DNA of 64,000 bases from Ruditapes philippinarum. Taxonomy: Eukaryota. The DNA lies in contig NW_026864182.1 of assembly GCF_026571515.1 (NCBI RefSeq), positions 372,001-436,000 on the forward strand. The letters are read 5' to 3'. Below, piece after piece: positions 26,501-40,724 of this stretch; the stretch's first letter is position 1, and every line of letters starts with the position of its first letter. Under the pieces are notes generated by a model. The model saw only the letters and a program-made list of their open reading frames with translations, did not search any database and had not been told where the DNA came from. The position numbers and the translations under genes are program-made.

Positions 26501-29500
26501 GACCACACTGAGGGTCATTAAAAATTGTTCTCCTTATATCATTTAAGATGCATACCGACAGAGAAATTATGATAAAATTTTCTAGTGTGCCTGGACTAAA
26601 CGCTTTATGAAAGAATAACGTGTCACTTACCGAGAGATCCAGTAATCGGATGACACATTTATCTGACTCCTCTATAGCTCTGAGTATTGTTAATGCCACT
26701 TCCGGTGAAAATGGATTCTGCCCAATCTAGAAGAAAACATACTTCCGGTTATAAAGCATGTCATATTTAATATCACATATGAAATAATTCATGTTATGAC
26801 AAGTAGTCACCCTTATTTCAATGCTTATGATATCAGAAGCATGGCAATTTCTTTGTTATTTCATTTAATAAAAAAGTTAAAAACATTTCTATTATTTGCC
26901 AACAATGTATTAATTTAGAGATTATGGAGATGCATAAGCGCTAACCAAACACGATTGTCTAAATTTTGTTATTTCTATTAACTTGTTTTTTGTTTCTGTG
27001 TTGATGTATTGACTCACTTTTAGCTCTGTAAGTCCGTCATTTTGTTGCAAACCCTTTAGAAACCCTCCAATTCCATCCATTCCAATACGATTATTAGATA
27101 TATCTAAAGTTAATAACGTTCTATTTTCCTCTAATGCCCGACCTAGACACATAGCACCTTCTTTAGCGAATCCATTCCAACCCAAATTTAGCACTTTTAG
27201 ACCTACATTTTTCTGAAAACAGAAATTTAGATGCACATAGTTGTGTGATATTTGACAGCCATCGTTAAATATGTTACGTTCAATGTGTACCTATATGTTT
27301 CTTGTATATGTTGAGGTCCGTTTGAAATCAAATCTATTAGAGGTAAAACGTTGAACCTTCCATTATGAAGAATTCCTACATCGATACCTTACTCAAAACT
27401 CGGTTAAGATGGTCTAACATTGCACACAACTATAATGGCTAGTTGTGAACAATAAAATATAATGTCTAAAATACTGTAGACATAAATGATGTACTTTAAC
27501 CCCTAACACATTTTGAAAATTTGCCTTTTTGTCCTATACTAACCATGTGTTTTTGTAGAATGCATTGCACTTTAAAGTTAGAAGTGGCAAATTATTCTTT
27601 ACCTGAACTCCTACGGCAACAGCTAGCGCTCCCCTCCCTCTAATATGGTTCCAACTTAAATCTAATTCTTGTAGGGTGTCGTTTATTGCTGAAATATTGA
27701 ACATTTAAGTGAAACATCATAATAATAACATAATATAACCACAATTTTTTTCGTCATAGTAACAGTTAAGTAAAAATCATGTTTTATAGTAGATACTTAA
27801 TTTCATATGTTAAGACAAAAGATTTTGATTCCACAGCAATATATTTCCATTTTGATTTCAATTATCTAATTAATTTCTAAGACATATATATGATATTATA
27901 TCAATGTTGTCACAAATAAAGTAGTTCAATATTAATATAACAAATGAGCCGCGTCACGACAAAACCAACGTAATGTGTTTGCGACCAGCATGGATCCATG
28001 CTGTTCGCTTACCAACTCTATTACAAGTAGAGAAACTGATAGCTAAGAGCATGGATCCTGATTAGACTGCGCGGATGTGCAGGCTGGTCTGGATCCATGC
28101 TGGTCGCAAACGCATTACGTTGGTTTTGTCATGACGCTGCTCAAATATATTTACCAATAGCCCGCCCAATGTCAAAAGCACCTTCAGAACTCAGTCGATT
28201 GTGACTAACATTCAGCACTTTTAAACGTGAGTTAAACTGAAACAAAAATAACTTGTTTTTGTCTTCTAAAACTAATTTAATATTCGTTTATAAATTACAC
28301 TTGATGTTTAATATTGTGTTCAGATAAGTATGAAAAGTTGATTTGAATGGCCTGACAAGAAAATTGTAANNNNNNNNNNNNNNNNNNNNNNNNNNNNNNN
28401 NNNNNNNNNNNNNNNNNNNNNNNNNNNNNNNNNNNNNNNNNNNNNNNNNNNNNNNNNNNNNNNNNNNNNNNNNNNNNNNNNNNNNNNNNNNNNNNNNNNN
28501 NNNNNNNNNNNNNNNNNNNNNNNNNNNNNACAACGGAAAACAATGAAAGTTTTTTTCACTTCCTTTTTCAGTGTTTCACCTACCTCTATCATATCAGCTA
28601 CAAATTTGGAATCTGAATCTTCCAGCCCACTTCCTGAATAATGATGTAACAAATATACAGTTAAACCATGGCTATCAACTAACCACCCGATATACGATCG
28701 ATACAATTGAGATAACCATATTTAATTTTATGTTAATTTTCTAATTTTTAGCTTCTGTAAGAAAAGGACTTTCGCTTCCTCTGCTCAAGCATACACACAT
28801 CATTATAAAACAAATAAAGCAGTAGCAGTGCATTTGTCCATTCCGCTAAGCAAAGTAAACATTTATTTTTGATAAAGACCGCAAAATCGATCACCTGTAA
28901 AACCGGGTTTACTAACAAACCTGGCATATATTTCGGAATATCAATATACTCGGGCACCTTAATGAGAAAAATTTTGCTTTTTAATATAAGAACTTTCTAC
29001 TCGAAGAATTCATATTTTTTTTAAAAAGATGACGGTTAAGAAAACTTTAATGTATTATTACCAGATATATCTAGCGTATGAAGAAATTTGCCTTCTTTCA
29101 ACAATTCAGTAAATGCATAAGCTCCCCTTGATCCTATCATGTTCTCCGAAATTCTCTGTAATTATAATAAATAATCTCCATACAATAATACCTATCCATT
29201 AATATGCAAACACTGATGGTTTACAATTATGTTTCTATGATAAATAATTATCTTTCTTAGCGTTTCTATCAACTTATAACATATACATTTGTATAAATAA
29301 TTAAGTATTTCAATAACAAATTGATTTCTTACAGGGTCATGAATTAGCCAGAAATCGGCAGTTTTTAAATTACTCCATGGTAATAACAACGTAATAGTGA
29401 GAAGTCGATGGTACTATAAGTACGATGTTGAGAAGCCGATTGATTACGAAACCACGCTTGTAAATGCTTTAGATTGGTGAAAGTGCAAAATAACGAAACA

Positions 29501-32300
29501 ACGTGACCACTATGGTGAAAGGTCAAAAGTACGATGTCAAAACACGAAATTAAATCAAGTTTTCAAAACAGGGGTTTCATTATTTTGACTTTTCACTAAA
29601 CAAAATTGTACTCATTACTTTTCATTATCGTACCTTTGACTTTTCACCATTTTTAATTTGTCTTTTCACTATTATAACGTGTTAATTATGTGTGTGGCAC
29701 GATGGCCCTAACTGAACACCGTAGTCTCTATAGACTTTTTATACAGAGTCATACTTAGGATCTTTAAATTATTGACATGAATAAATATATCATAGAGACT
29801 TGGATGGATAAAAGATACTTGTCAATTGAATATCTAATGCGCAAAGAAGTTCTTATCAGAAATCTGTAAAAATGGTAATTTCGTGTTTTGACATCATACT
29901 TTCGACCTTTCACCATAGTATTCACGTTGTTTCGTTATTTTGCACTTTCACCAATCTAAAGCATTTACAAGCGTGGTTTCGTAATCAATCGGCTTCTCAC
30001 CATCGTACTTATAGTACCATCGACTTCTCACTATTACGTTGTTTTGTGTGTGTTGCGATGGTCCTAACGAGACACCGTACTAGACAAGAAAAAACATTGC
30101 ATCGTTTTATTTCTAGGTATTAATTTCGGTTACTTACAACTTCTGTAATGGTGTCGTTTTCTTGTAACATCTCTGCGATATAAACAGCACCCTCTGTACC
30201 GATATCATTATCTTCTAAATCCAATTTTTCAACGAATTTATTATTAACTAGAGCAACACACAGTGCACGTGCACCTTGAGGTCCAATCGGATGACTTTTC
30301 ATAACTATATGTTTATCATTAATATGCCTTGCAATATAGTTTACTGGATTAATACCATACTGTTTACATGATGAAATATAACATTGCACATTTTCCCGCT
30401 CTTTTTTCTCGTCTTCGGATTCCTTCGGCTGCTTAACAGGTTCAGCTATAATCAAATGGTAAAGTATCAATTAAACATTGGTTTAATCATTGAAACATAA
30501 TCAGATTAATTCTCTCGAGGTAATGACCGTCTCCGGTAACATGTAGACAACAAAAGACATGCACCCGGTGAATAAAAAAAACAAGTCTTTCTCTATCTAG
30601 AGGTTGTCGCCCCATAACAGTACGCTTGTACTTTTTGTGAAGTATTGAACCTTGAGTGTATTTTAAAAGCAATTACATTTTAAGTAAAATAATCTTTCAT
30701 TTATCAAGAGTATGCCTTAAGCAACATTTAATTTCTTCTCTAATAATAATAATAATAATAATAATAAGAACAACAACAACAACAACAACGCCCCCGCCGC
30801 CGCCGCCGCCGACGACGACGATGACGACAACAACAACAACAATAACAAAAATAATGAAAATAATACTACTAATAAAAAAATAATAGTTATAATAATACAT
30901 GATTTACATGTTTATGTTTCTTGGTTATTATTATTATTTTTATTAATGTTGTTTTTTAGATTTAAACAAGAAATGACAATTACAGATTTTTATTTCATGC
31001 TTTCCAGTGTTTTATTGTAATATATCAGATGATTATATTCTGATAAACCACTAGTGAAATTTATAAAATATAATTTTCGCTGTAGCCGGACTATAATGAA
31101 TGCGGATGAAAAGAAAATCATAACTAAATGGAATAACAGGCAGACATAAATGCCGTCATGCGTAAATTTTGCTTCTTTAGGAAAAGAAAGTCGATGTCAT
31201 CATATATCATGTTAAAAAATGTAACAAAATTAGAGAAATTTAACAGACCTATATTTCAAAATTGATGATGTGACGTCATGATATGATGACGTCACAAAGG
31301 CGAATGCGTGACGTTACGCGGCAAAATCAGTAAAAAAATACTTCAAATGACTTAAAAAGCATGAAATAAAAAGAAAATTTATTTGTTTTACATATAAGAT
31401 TGAAATATATTTCATTCTTGAACACCAGCTATTATATTTTCACTCGTGGCTACACATTGCATCTGGTGTTCACTCAGTGAAATTATATAGAGGATATTGA
31501 ATGAGTGTAAGTTCAATACTGAATTTATTGCACGAGTTGAATAAAATCATATTATGCGAGCCTCTGGCGAGCATAATATTATTTTATTCAACGAGTGCAA
31601 TAAATTCAGTAATGAACTTACACGAATTTAATATTCTATTTATCACATACCCAAAATAAAGACCGTTTAAAGTGAAATAAGAGTCCTTTTTCATTGACGC
31701 GCCTATAGTATAACGCTAACATTTAGCGCGTCTTTACACTATGTTTGTATAACGCTAATGACGTCACGTCAAAATATATGCACGGCCGTGCAATACCATA
31801 TTTACGGAGTCGCAAAATCGGCACGGGTGTGTGATAAATTTCAATCTTACATGCAAAACAAACAAATATCCTCTATATATCTAAAAGTTTTCCAAATCTA
31901 GATTATTATACTTACTATCAGCCATAATATCATATCCAGTGAAAGTAAATTCCCGTTCAAACGATGACACTGATGTTTTCTTTGACACACTGTTTGTATC
32001 ACTATCTCTAACTGAACTTCCATCTTTATTAGGAGTCCCAGGTCCCGAATCTCGCCCTGTCCTCACTAGTGAAGCTGTCCGGCTCAGATACAGAGACGCT
32101 TGTTTAGAACCTAGTCCAGTTGTTTTCATGTCTGACATGGCTACCTGTCGACTCGGACTTATCATTCCATTTCTTTTTCCACTGCCAATGTGTGACCTCC
32201 CGTTTAGACTACCAGCTCTTGATAAGTTTCCTTCGTCCATTTCTGCGATAGGTGAATACGTTACCGAGGTCTTTTGTTTGCTCTTACTTGATAAAGCCAT
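23535..32300 (-). CDS. LRRC74: LRRC74-like LRR + EF-hand protein, paralog 2 (~591 aa, 11 coding exons, intact)
   Basis: Minus-strand exons 32300-31916, 30445-30138, 29155-29062, 28633-28584, 28236-28155, 27688-27603, 27212-27018, 26726-26631, 26310-26044, 25603-25518, 23661-23535 (TGA); all GT-AG, 1776 nt in frame. LRRs include LQELDLSWNHIRGRGA, LKVLNLGWNGFAKEGA and LLTLDISNNRIG. EF loops are DKDRSFSVDRQE and DTDGDGEVDLGE. Confidence 0.92.
27946..28142. mobile_element. Fold-back MITE family A, copy 3 (left arm deletion)
   Basis: Same family, AAAT target duplication. Ends about 10 bp from the exon 5 donor of paralog 2. Confidence 0.9.
28370..28530. other. Assembly gap (161 N) in intron 4 of paralog 2
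   Basis: Run of N. Confidence 1.
29385..30080. repeat. Two related MITE remnants forming a ~168-bp inverted repeat in intron 2 of paralog 2
   Basis: 29385-29552 is the near-perfect reverse complement of 29876-30043. Both remnants end in GATGGYCCTAAC...CACCGTA (29701, 30058). Confidence 0.85.
30741..30850. repeat. Compound trinucleotide microsatellite (AAT)(AAC)(GCC)(GAC)(AAC)
   Basis: Read directly from the sequence; intronic in paralog 2. Confidence 0.9.
31488..31875. mobile_element. Non-autonomous DNA element with short TIRs and a long internal hairpin (superfamily uncertain, possibly Crypton-like)
   Basis: Ends TAGAGGATATT / AATATCCTCTA, with an internal palindrome at 31511-31617. Homologous to the split element at 12080-12102 + 13606-13802. 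Confidence 0.65.
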
Positions 32301-32873
32301 GTTTCTTACTTTTAACTGAAACAACAAATAAACTTTCTTTTCTTCACTTTCATAAAGCAATGTTTACTTAAAGTTGAAATTTAGTCCACAAAATTCTTAA
32401 GATTAAGTTTAATGTTTCTGACAAATACATTCATCACGGGACGTAATTAATTAAAACCCCCGTAATCCTAATCGGTGTTGTAAATAAAAAAAATTGATAT
32501 CTAAATAAGTATTGATTTTCATTTGTAAAAAAAATCTTTTTTAAAAGATGACACGGGATATTTTAATCAAGCAAAATATAACACCGTGCTAATTTGTGAC
32601 TATATCATGTTAAAAAAAACATACAAAAGTTGAACTGCTTTGATTATGTACAATACCATTTATTTAAATAATAGCTGACTTCAATTTTAAAGTGTTAAAA
32701 TACAGCCAAAATAGATTACCTATAGATAATACAAAAATCATAGTTCTACACTTAATAACAATGCATTACAACGTGTCATATATAGATATATTCCACACAT
32801 GATTTAAATCTGCAAATCAAAAGAACATTCATAGAAAATATGATATGAACACATCATAGCGATGAAATAATAT

Positions 32874-33109
32874 GAGCCGCGTCACGACAAAAGCCAACAT
32901 AATTGGTTTGCGACCAGCAGGGATCCAGACAAGCCTGCGCATCCGCGCAGTCTGATCAGGATCCATGCTGTTCGCTTACAAACCCTATAGCAAGTAGAGA
33001 AACTGATAGCGAACAGCATGGATCCTGATCAGACTGCGCGGAAGCGCAGGCTGGTCTGGATCCATGCTGGTCGCAAACCCATTATGTTGGTTTTGTCGTG
33101 ACACGGTTC
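32874..33109. mobile_element. Fold-back MITE family A, copy 4 (full length)
   Basis: Same family, ATAT target duplication. Spacer identical to copy 2. Confidence 0.92.
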
Positions 33110-35580
33110 ATATATAAAAGAACTTTGTCGTAAAAACTAAATCTGATTAATATTTCATATCTTTATTATCAAATAAATTGACATACAACTATTCTAAATA
33201 TCTATAACATGACGTTTTATAGGCTTTCCTTTTTATATAAAATCAAAATGTCAAAAACTTAATAGTTTTCGACCATGCGAAAATTTCAAAGGTTTTTATT
33301 TGATATCTACATTAGATATAAATCAAGATTATCTTTAATAATTGCACTTTGTCGTATCTACATTGCCGCGATATTCAAATTGTACACTAAAAGTTGATTT
33401 ACTATATCGTGAAAATGAAATTACGCTCTCTACTTATTAACAATTTGAAGTATGAACTCAAGTGGCGTGTCTTCAAGAGTCCTTGAGACACAAAATAATG
33501 TCAAATTTATTTACAAAGGGTTTATTTTTTTAGCTTCTGTTGTTTAACATAGTTGTCGCGCTTCTGATAGACTGTATGACTATTAACATAGTAATTGTAT
33601 ACATAAGAAGTTGACAAAAGGTTTCTTACAATAATATTTGTTTGATATCAAACTTAAAAATTTAAATTTGTATATATTCACTAACCTCACCAATTCCTTA
33701 TTCGCCGCCAAAAAATCATATGATTCTGTCAACCTCCTTTGTTGAAACTCACTGAAGACCTTTTTTCTTTTCCTTTTCTCTCCATTGAATGGACAATAAT
33801 CTTTTATGCCATTTTAAAATTGCATTTTCTGTACGCTTCTTCAAACAAACATTTCGATGATTGATAAAAACAAACAAAGTGTATTCATGAGTTGGTAAAT
33901 ATGTGCAATCCAACAAACCAGCAATGAAAAATTGTACGTTGTTATCCGCTTCAAGCATACAAAACAATTTATTGAGGAATAAATCAGTCCATGAATCTTT
34001 TAAGTACTTAAACGAAACATTTTATTATGCACTTAAAATGATCTCTATTTCAAAAGAGAATGTAACACTTTATTTTCAATCTAGAAGCAAGGTCGTTTCT
34101 TCTTAAAGAAACATGAATGTTACAATTTGCAGCAATTGAATACGCTTTTATTCAGTTATCCTCAGATTTTATCACGACGTTTCTTTCACTTCTTTCACGT
34201 GCACATGTAGGTGTTCAACTGTTAATAATTATATATTCAATCTTTATAATCATCAAGATCTTTCCTACAAATATCTTAAAGTATGTTTTGATAATTGATA
34301 AATAAAGAAACACTTTTAACATGTTTTAAGATAAGATTGTTCTGTAGCGTGTCCATGTTCTGGGCTATAGATGATCGCCAATAGTTTCAATTTTATTCCT
34401 TGGAGAAATAGAAAAACAAAACCAAAACTCTTCTTACAGAAAGTCATGACCGTTCCAACCTATCTCCATATACATAACATCAATATTTATCCACTATATC
34501 CAAAATAAGATTTAACTATAATAGAAATATGAAATTAAGCTGAAAATTCCTTTTGCAAACAGTTGTATTATTTCTATAAAGTTGTTACGAAGATTTTGAT
34601 AAGAAAACAATATTTTCAATTTCCATGATCCGTTACAAGCATAACAGGATTTCATTCACAAGAGTTCAAAAACTTGTCAGTATTTGTTAGCAATTAATTA
34701 CCAAAGTGGCTGATTTTTCAATAGGAATAACGATTATATAACGGGAACCAATCTTTTTTAATATTCCATTTTATTTGGACAACTGCGTGGATTTTAATTT
34801 ACCCTTACACAAACTTTTATTGTACACAACTTTGTTTAGATAAGAAACTGAATTGTTACAATTACGACGATGGATCGATGTTTAAAACCAATATCCATTT
34901 AGCCATATTGGCCAATAACTGTTTAGCGTAACAATAATTACTATAATCGCCTGTAACTTGATCATAAATTCATTTTACATTTTTTATGTTATACTGAAAG
35001 AGAAATGACTTTGAAGAGGATGTTTGTAAATGCGTTCAAATAAAAAAAAAGGTAGAGTTCTTTACATGAAATTAATACATAGATTATTTCACTCTATTTT
35101 ATCGCCACATCAGCGTTGTTTGTGCCGTGTGGAGGCTGTACAATGTCGCCCCGTACATTCAATCAGGGATGTTATATTTCCGATCCTTAAAGATCGTTCA
35201 GCACGACATTATTGTTGTGCTTGTGGTATTTTAGTTCTATCTATTCGGCATCTTTCTTGTTGGGTGGTTCCAGTATTCCTCACTTGAATACTGTTGAATC
35301 ACCCTTAGGATATGAGGCCTGTTTTTTAATTTTGTCTTTTGACGTTATATCTGTTATATGCAGCTTCATAGCCTCAGATCCCCTTTCAAAATTCCATTTT
35401 ATTTAGTTCCGCCCATTGTTTACGCATTTTTTACTTGGGGACCATATGTCGCTTTTCATGGAATGGCACTAGCGTGTCACATTGAAGGTTCCATGATGAC
35501 CGCCATATGAACACATCTGCGGATGTTTCAAAATTCTAAATTTAACCAGTTCATGTTAAATGTTGAATTCTGCTGAAGCC

Positions 35581-36890
35581 AGTACTAGGGGGCGTGGACG
35601 GGTAGTTTGCACTTGACAGTACCGTCCATGAACAGGCTCAATCAAACAGAGCCTGCATCTTTTTACAATTTGCCGTGTTGGGCTTTCTTTAGGGATTTTT
35701 ATTTCACTCTATTTTAATGAGAAAATTGCGTAAACCAGAATTTGATTACATGCTAAACTGAACTATATAATGCTATCATCGTATTTTACGAGGTGTAATA
35801 CTTTCTGGATGCCAAAATTTTTGTACATTTTGTAATTGATCCGGACTGACCCTAGTTTTGTTGACGAGATTTTCTTTATAAATAAAGCATGAGGGAATGA
35901 TAACAGAAATAAAAACTGCGGATCCGATGCTCATGATTTCACCAGAGAAACTGTTACTCATGATGATTTCACTAATTGAACTTTAATATGACCGACACGT
36001 GGATAAACATCTTATGTCAGCTCTGCACACTTGACTTAAATGCATTATGTATGATATTGAATAAAAATGTATACATACACTGACTATAAAATGAAAATAT
36101 TTATGTAATATCGAAGCCGTATAGCTTAATATACAAACATAGAAGTTCATTTACTGAGGTTTCACATTGATAATAAATGTGTTACAACGCCCTGACTTTA
36201 CAAGCCGATCCTTAAAAACTTTCACCTTACTTTGCTTGATATAACTATCCATTACTACTCCTCTTATATTAAAAGAAATACTGTTTATTAATACTAACAT
36301 AGAAACGGTATACATTGCAGATTCTTTATCTATTTGAATCTTATTGATATTGTCATTATATTTACTTAGTATGGTTTCATTTGAAGAGAGTGTCTTGAAT
36401 TGTTCTTACAGTGATATAAGTATTAGTATAAAGTCCACGAAACAAAATTTCAAACACCTTAATTATTTCATTATAATATGTTCGAAATTCGTCCTTAAAT
36501 AAGTAATTGATGAATCGACTTGTTTCCCACAGTAGACCTTCTATAAGTGACCAGTATACAGAAATTAAAGTAGATGGAGTATTCGTATTGACGTTATGAA
36601 ATTGAAAAAAAAGAAAGAAAACGAACACATGTGATACAGAGTAATCACAAAAGAAATTCTGAATTTTCTATATTTTGTTATTCCGAGAAAAGTACTAATT
36701 AAAAGAATGCTCAATTTCATTCCAATAAAATTTTCTGAAAAGCTGACTTATATAACAAATCTTGAAGAAGGGTGATCCCTCGGAACCATTAATGACAACA
36801 AAATTGAATTGAAATCGCAGGCTCGACTTGATTAAGTCTGTTTATGAGGGATAATTAAAAAGTGCAACATCTCTCACGCCCCCTAGCACC
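35581..36890. repeat. Dispersed repeat bounded by inverted CTAGGGGGCGTG motifs
   Basis: 35581-35717 is a diverged copy of 12938-13071 and 15424-15557. 36875-36890 (CACGCCCCCTAGCACC) is the exact reverse complement of 12938-12953. Confidence 0.55.
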
Positions 36891-38842
36891 GCCTTGAACG
36901 GTACTTTATTTTCAACACATAAAAGTGCTGGAATAAAAAATGAAAGAATAACGACATATTAAATGATATAATGATGAATATTTATAGAAAACTATTGGTC
37001 ACATGGTAAAATGGAAATAGTTAAAACTTAAATATAAAAATTGGTAAGATTGACTGTTTAGACCTCTTTTCCATGGACAAACAGCTTTTACATATGGAAG
37101 AAAACTTACAGTTCAAATAATTTATAACAACAGTATAAGTTATAAGATTGAAAGAAAATTGGCCTTTAGTTATAACAAAGGCAGTGAAGAAGATTTAATT
37201 AGGGGGATTTACTCATCTTTCAAGTAGAATCAAAAGTTACTGTGTTTGAGACATCGTTGCTATGTGTTGTACTTACATAAACAATACTCTTAGACTTTTA
37301 TTTAACGCCTTTATAAAAAAGATACATGTACCAGTTTAATGCATGTTAAAAGAAAGGTCGGTGATGCAAACCTTAGGAGAAAACAATGTATATTTCAAAC
37401 TTGGTTAAAATTTGTTGGTTAAAATCAGTTGAAATTAGTCGTGCAAAAATGCATACTGGTAATTAAAAGGTATTGTATGAAGCTATATTTTGACTGTCTG
37501 AAATTGGCATAATAAATGTTTGTTGTAGTTTTTCAGCATTAAAGATCAGTCTCACGGTGGTTTATCCACCTGTCCAGAGCTAATTTTGATAGCGACCTCT
37601 GTAACGTTATCAAGGCATTGATATAAACAACTTAATTATTGATTTTGAAAACAATATGATCAAAGGGAATCCGGTTGTGAAATATTGGAAAAGTTTTCAT
37701 GAAGGCGTATTTCTGTTTAAAATACGTTTTATTTTCTAGCTATTTGACTTCTTAAATCATGTGTATTTACATAGTACATGCATATATAGATTGTTGTTGA
37801 TCTTTATTATTTGAATAAGGATCGTGATAAGACTCTCACGGTTATCGTAATGTTTGTATCTGTATTTGGCACGTGTAAAGTTTTTATGAAATAACTGTGC
37901 ACGGACAATAGGGGAGCATGTTAACACTGGATATTTAAGGAGAAATAACTAACAACATTTTGTCCATATACGTTGCTAATGAGAAGTGTAGCATCTTTGT
38001 ACAGCGTTTTAGTATGATTGTAATGTTGTCTTATTGCAACATGTTAACAAAAGCAATATATTCAAGGCCATGGTTTAATCTTCAATCAATTATTTATAAC
38101 ATGTATATGATAATCCTTTTTATATTGTATAAACAATTAATTTTTGGATCTAATAATATTATAATAAATGCTTAATTCAAGAAACACTGAAAACTTAATA
38201 AATGCAATGTTAACAAGCATTTAGACAGATGAGGTGCAAGGACAATTTAAGAATTTACATTAATTTTTTAATTTTGTTTGTTAAATAAAGTGTATATATT
38301 TATGCAATATTTTCCTCATTTAAAAAGATAACAATCGGTTCGAGAATCTTTCTTTATGTAGCCACCTTTTACTATCATTACAAATCTACACGTTCCAATT
38401 GCAAGTTTAACACCACAAATAATATATCATTTTCATTATTTTTAATTTTTATGATACTTCACATAATCAAATTTCTTATAAAAAGTTTATATATAATTTG
38501 TGATTTATTCAAACCAATTATACTGTAAATTTATTTATGCATGTGTATGACTAAGATCAAAATGGTATATGACGATAATAATGACGACAATGATGTTGTT
38601 GTTGATGTTGATTATGATAATAATGATAATGACGTTCATAATGAATGAATAACAAATGTTCATTCCCACACAACGACAGTTCATCTATTTGTTTTTGAGA
38701 CAAATGTCTTAATAGATGTATAGTGTATATCCAAAATAAATATACTGTATTTCACATTTTAGCACTCTTTCTTAACATTATAACGTCACTCGTACATGTA
38801 CAACAAATGATGGTTATACATTCCTCTTTTTTCATATCGTTT

Positions 38843-40649
38843 TTATCCCATTTTCGGACCGTTTAATGGAGGTAATTTTCTAGGGGTCTTGTTTTTCTTG
38901 GTAGTGAACACCTGGGAGTATTTCTGGTCTTGCTCTTTTTCGGCAATTATTTCATCTTCATGTTCTTTTATCAGATCTCGTTTTAATCTACGCTCTCCGT
39001 TTATAAATTCCCTGAAATACACACATAATTGTTCATTTAAATAATCCTAAAATACATAAAAAACGCTAATAAAAATACTCTAGGAAAAAAAGATAAACTC
39101 ATTTTACGGGCAAAATAGTTTTCAGTTTTCGGCAAAATAGTTTTAAGTTTTCATAAAGACATTTTATGTGAAATAGATGCTATCATTTAAGCAAATTCTA
39201 ACAATCACATTGGAAGAAAAAGTTCATTGTTCCCTTATAATGAACCGTTTTACTATGATAATTTACTAAAATAATATTATAACTATTCCTGTAGAAATCA
39301 ATTTCATATTATGTATTACTATAGTTAAAGATATATTTCTAATCATTCTGCTGATTTTTATGAATAAAATAAAATTGATAGTGCTTACTAAGTATATTTT
39401 CTTACAATGATGATATATCTTAATCTGTACAATAACTGGACATAATATCATGCCAAAATATTTGGTATGAGTTTCAGATATTTTGACATACAAAATACCT
39501 GTAACCATTTAACAAATATAAATAATACTCGTAATAACCAAGATATCTCAAATACATGTACTTAAAATAGCAACTGAGCTTACAATCATTATGGCAGTAT
39601 TAAACAATATGAATATTTATTGACATTTCAATGGAAATAAGTAATTAAAGGTCCATTATGTTACAAAAATGCCTTTATTTCTTAAAAGCTTATTTTCAAA
39701 GCCTTTGAATCATTTCCAAAGAGTTACTCATTGGCTAATGATCTGATTCTTCTTTTGCTTGTGTTGCTTTTTGAGTATTTTGTATGGAAGTCAAAATGAG
39801 CCGTGTCACGACAAAATCAACATAATTGGTTTGCGACCAACATGGATCCAGACCAGCCTACACATCCGCCTTTACATTTAGAGAAACTGATAGTTAACAG
39901 CATGGATCCTGATCAGACTGCGCGAATGCGCTGTCTGGTCTGGATCCATGCTGGTCGCAAACGCACTTTGTTGGTTTTGTCTTGACGCGGCTCATATATT
40001 ACTTTGTTTACATTTTGCAATCTTAATTAAAATAAATTCCTCATGAAGTGATACTTTCTCCAAATGATTATCGTTAAACATGCTAAAACCCATTATTCAA
40101 ACGTTATAAAAGTCATGTTTGCCTTTTTAAAAGTTCTCCTTTAAGGCATAATGTGCCTTTCTGATCTACTGAACTACATGTGCTTACATTTTAAATGAAA
40201 ACAAGTTATTGGGGATTTATTCAGACATGAGAAGCAGTTTTTTTTGTATTTATTTCAGCTCTAATTTGCAGCGCATGATGATGATAAACATATGCATCTT
40301 TTATTGGTTAGGTTTGACGTCGCACCAAGCACAGTATAGATCATAACGTCGACTTTCGATGCAGCTTTACTGGTGGAGGAGGACCTCGGGTATCTTACGG
40401 TGTTTCTTATAGTTGTATGGGTACTACTAAACATCGTAAATCATGCAATGGAATTATCTATGCTAGCTCAATTTTTTTTCATAGATTAAATCTGAACAAG
40501 AAGAAGAATAAAAGAGAGATAAAATTTAATAGAATAAATTAAAACATGCTAAGCTTTATACGGTTGCGTCCCTTGTATAGATACAATGCAAACGGACTAA
40601 GGCCGATATGGAAACAAAACATGTAAGGTGAAAATCCATCCATCCATCC

Positions 40650-40724
<75 letters not shown>

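Noticed and set aside
30656-30900. ORFs with poly-I/T/P/V/G tracts (also 48444-48870, 57599-57829) and poly-X ORFs at 28288-28706
   Set aside because: These are translations of microsatellites or of the N gap, apart from the 50-nt real exon at 28584-28633.
35030-35406. Small gene between paralogs 2 and 3
   Set aside because: Short ORFs on either strand have no recognisable motif or consistent splice structure. It is probably decayed repeat sequence.
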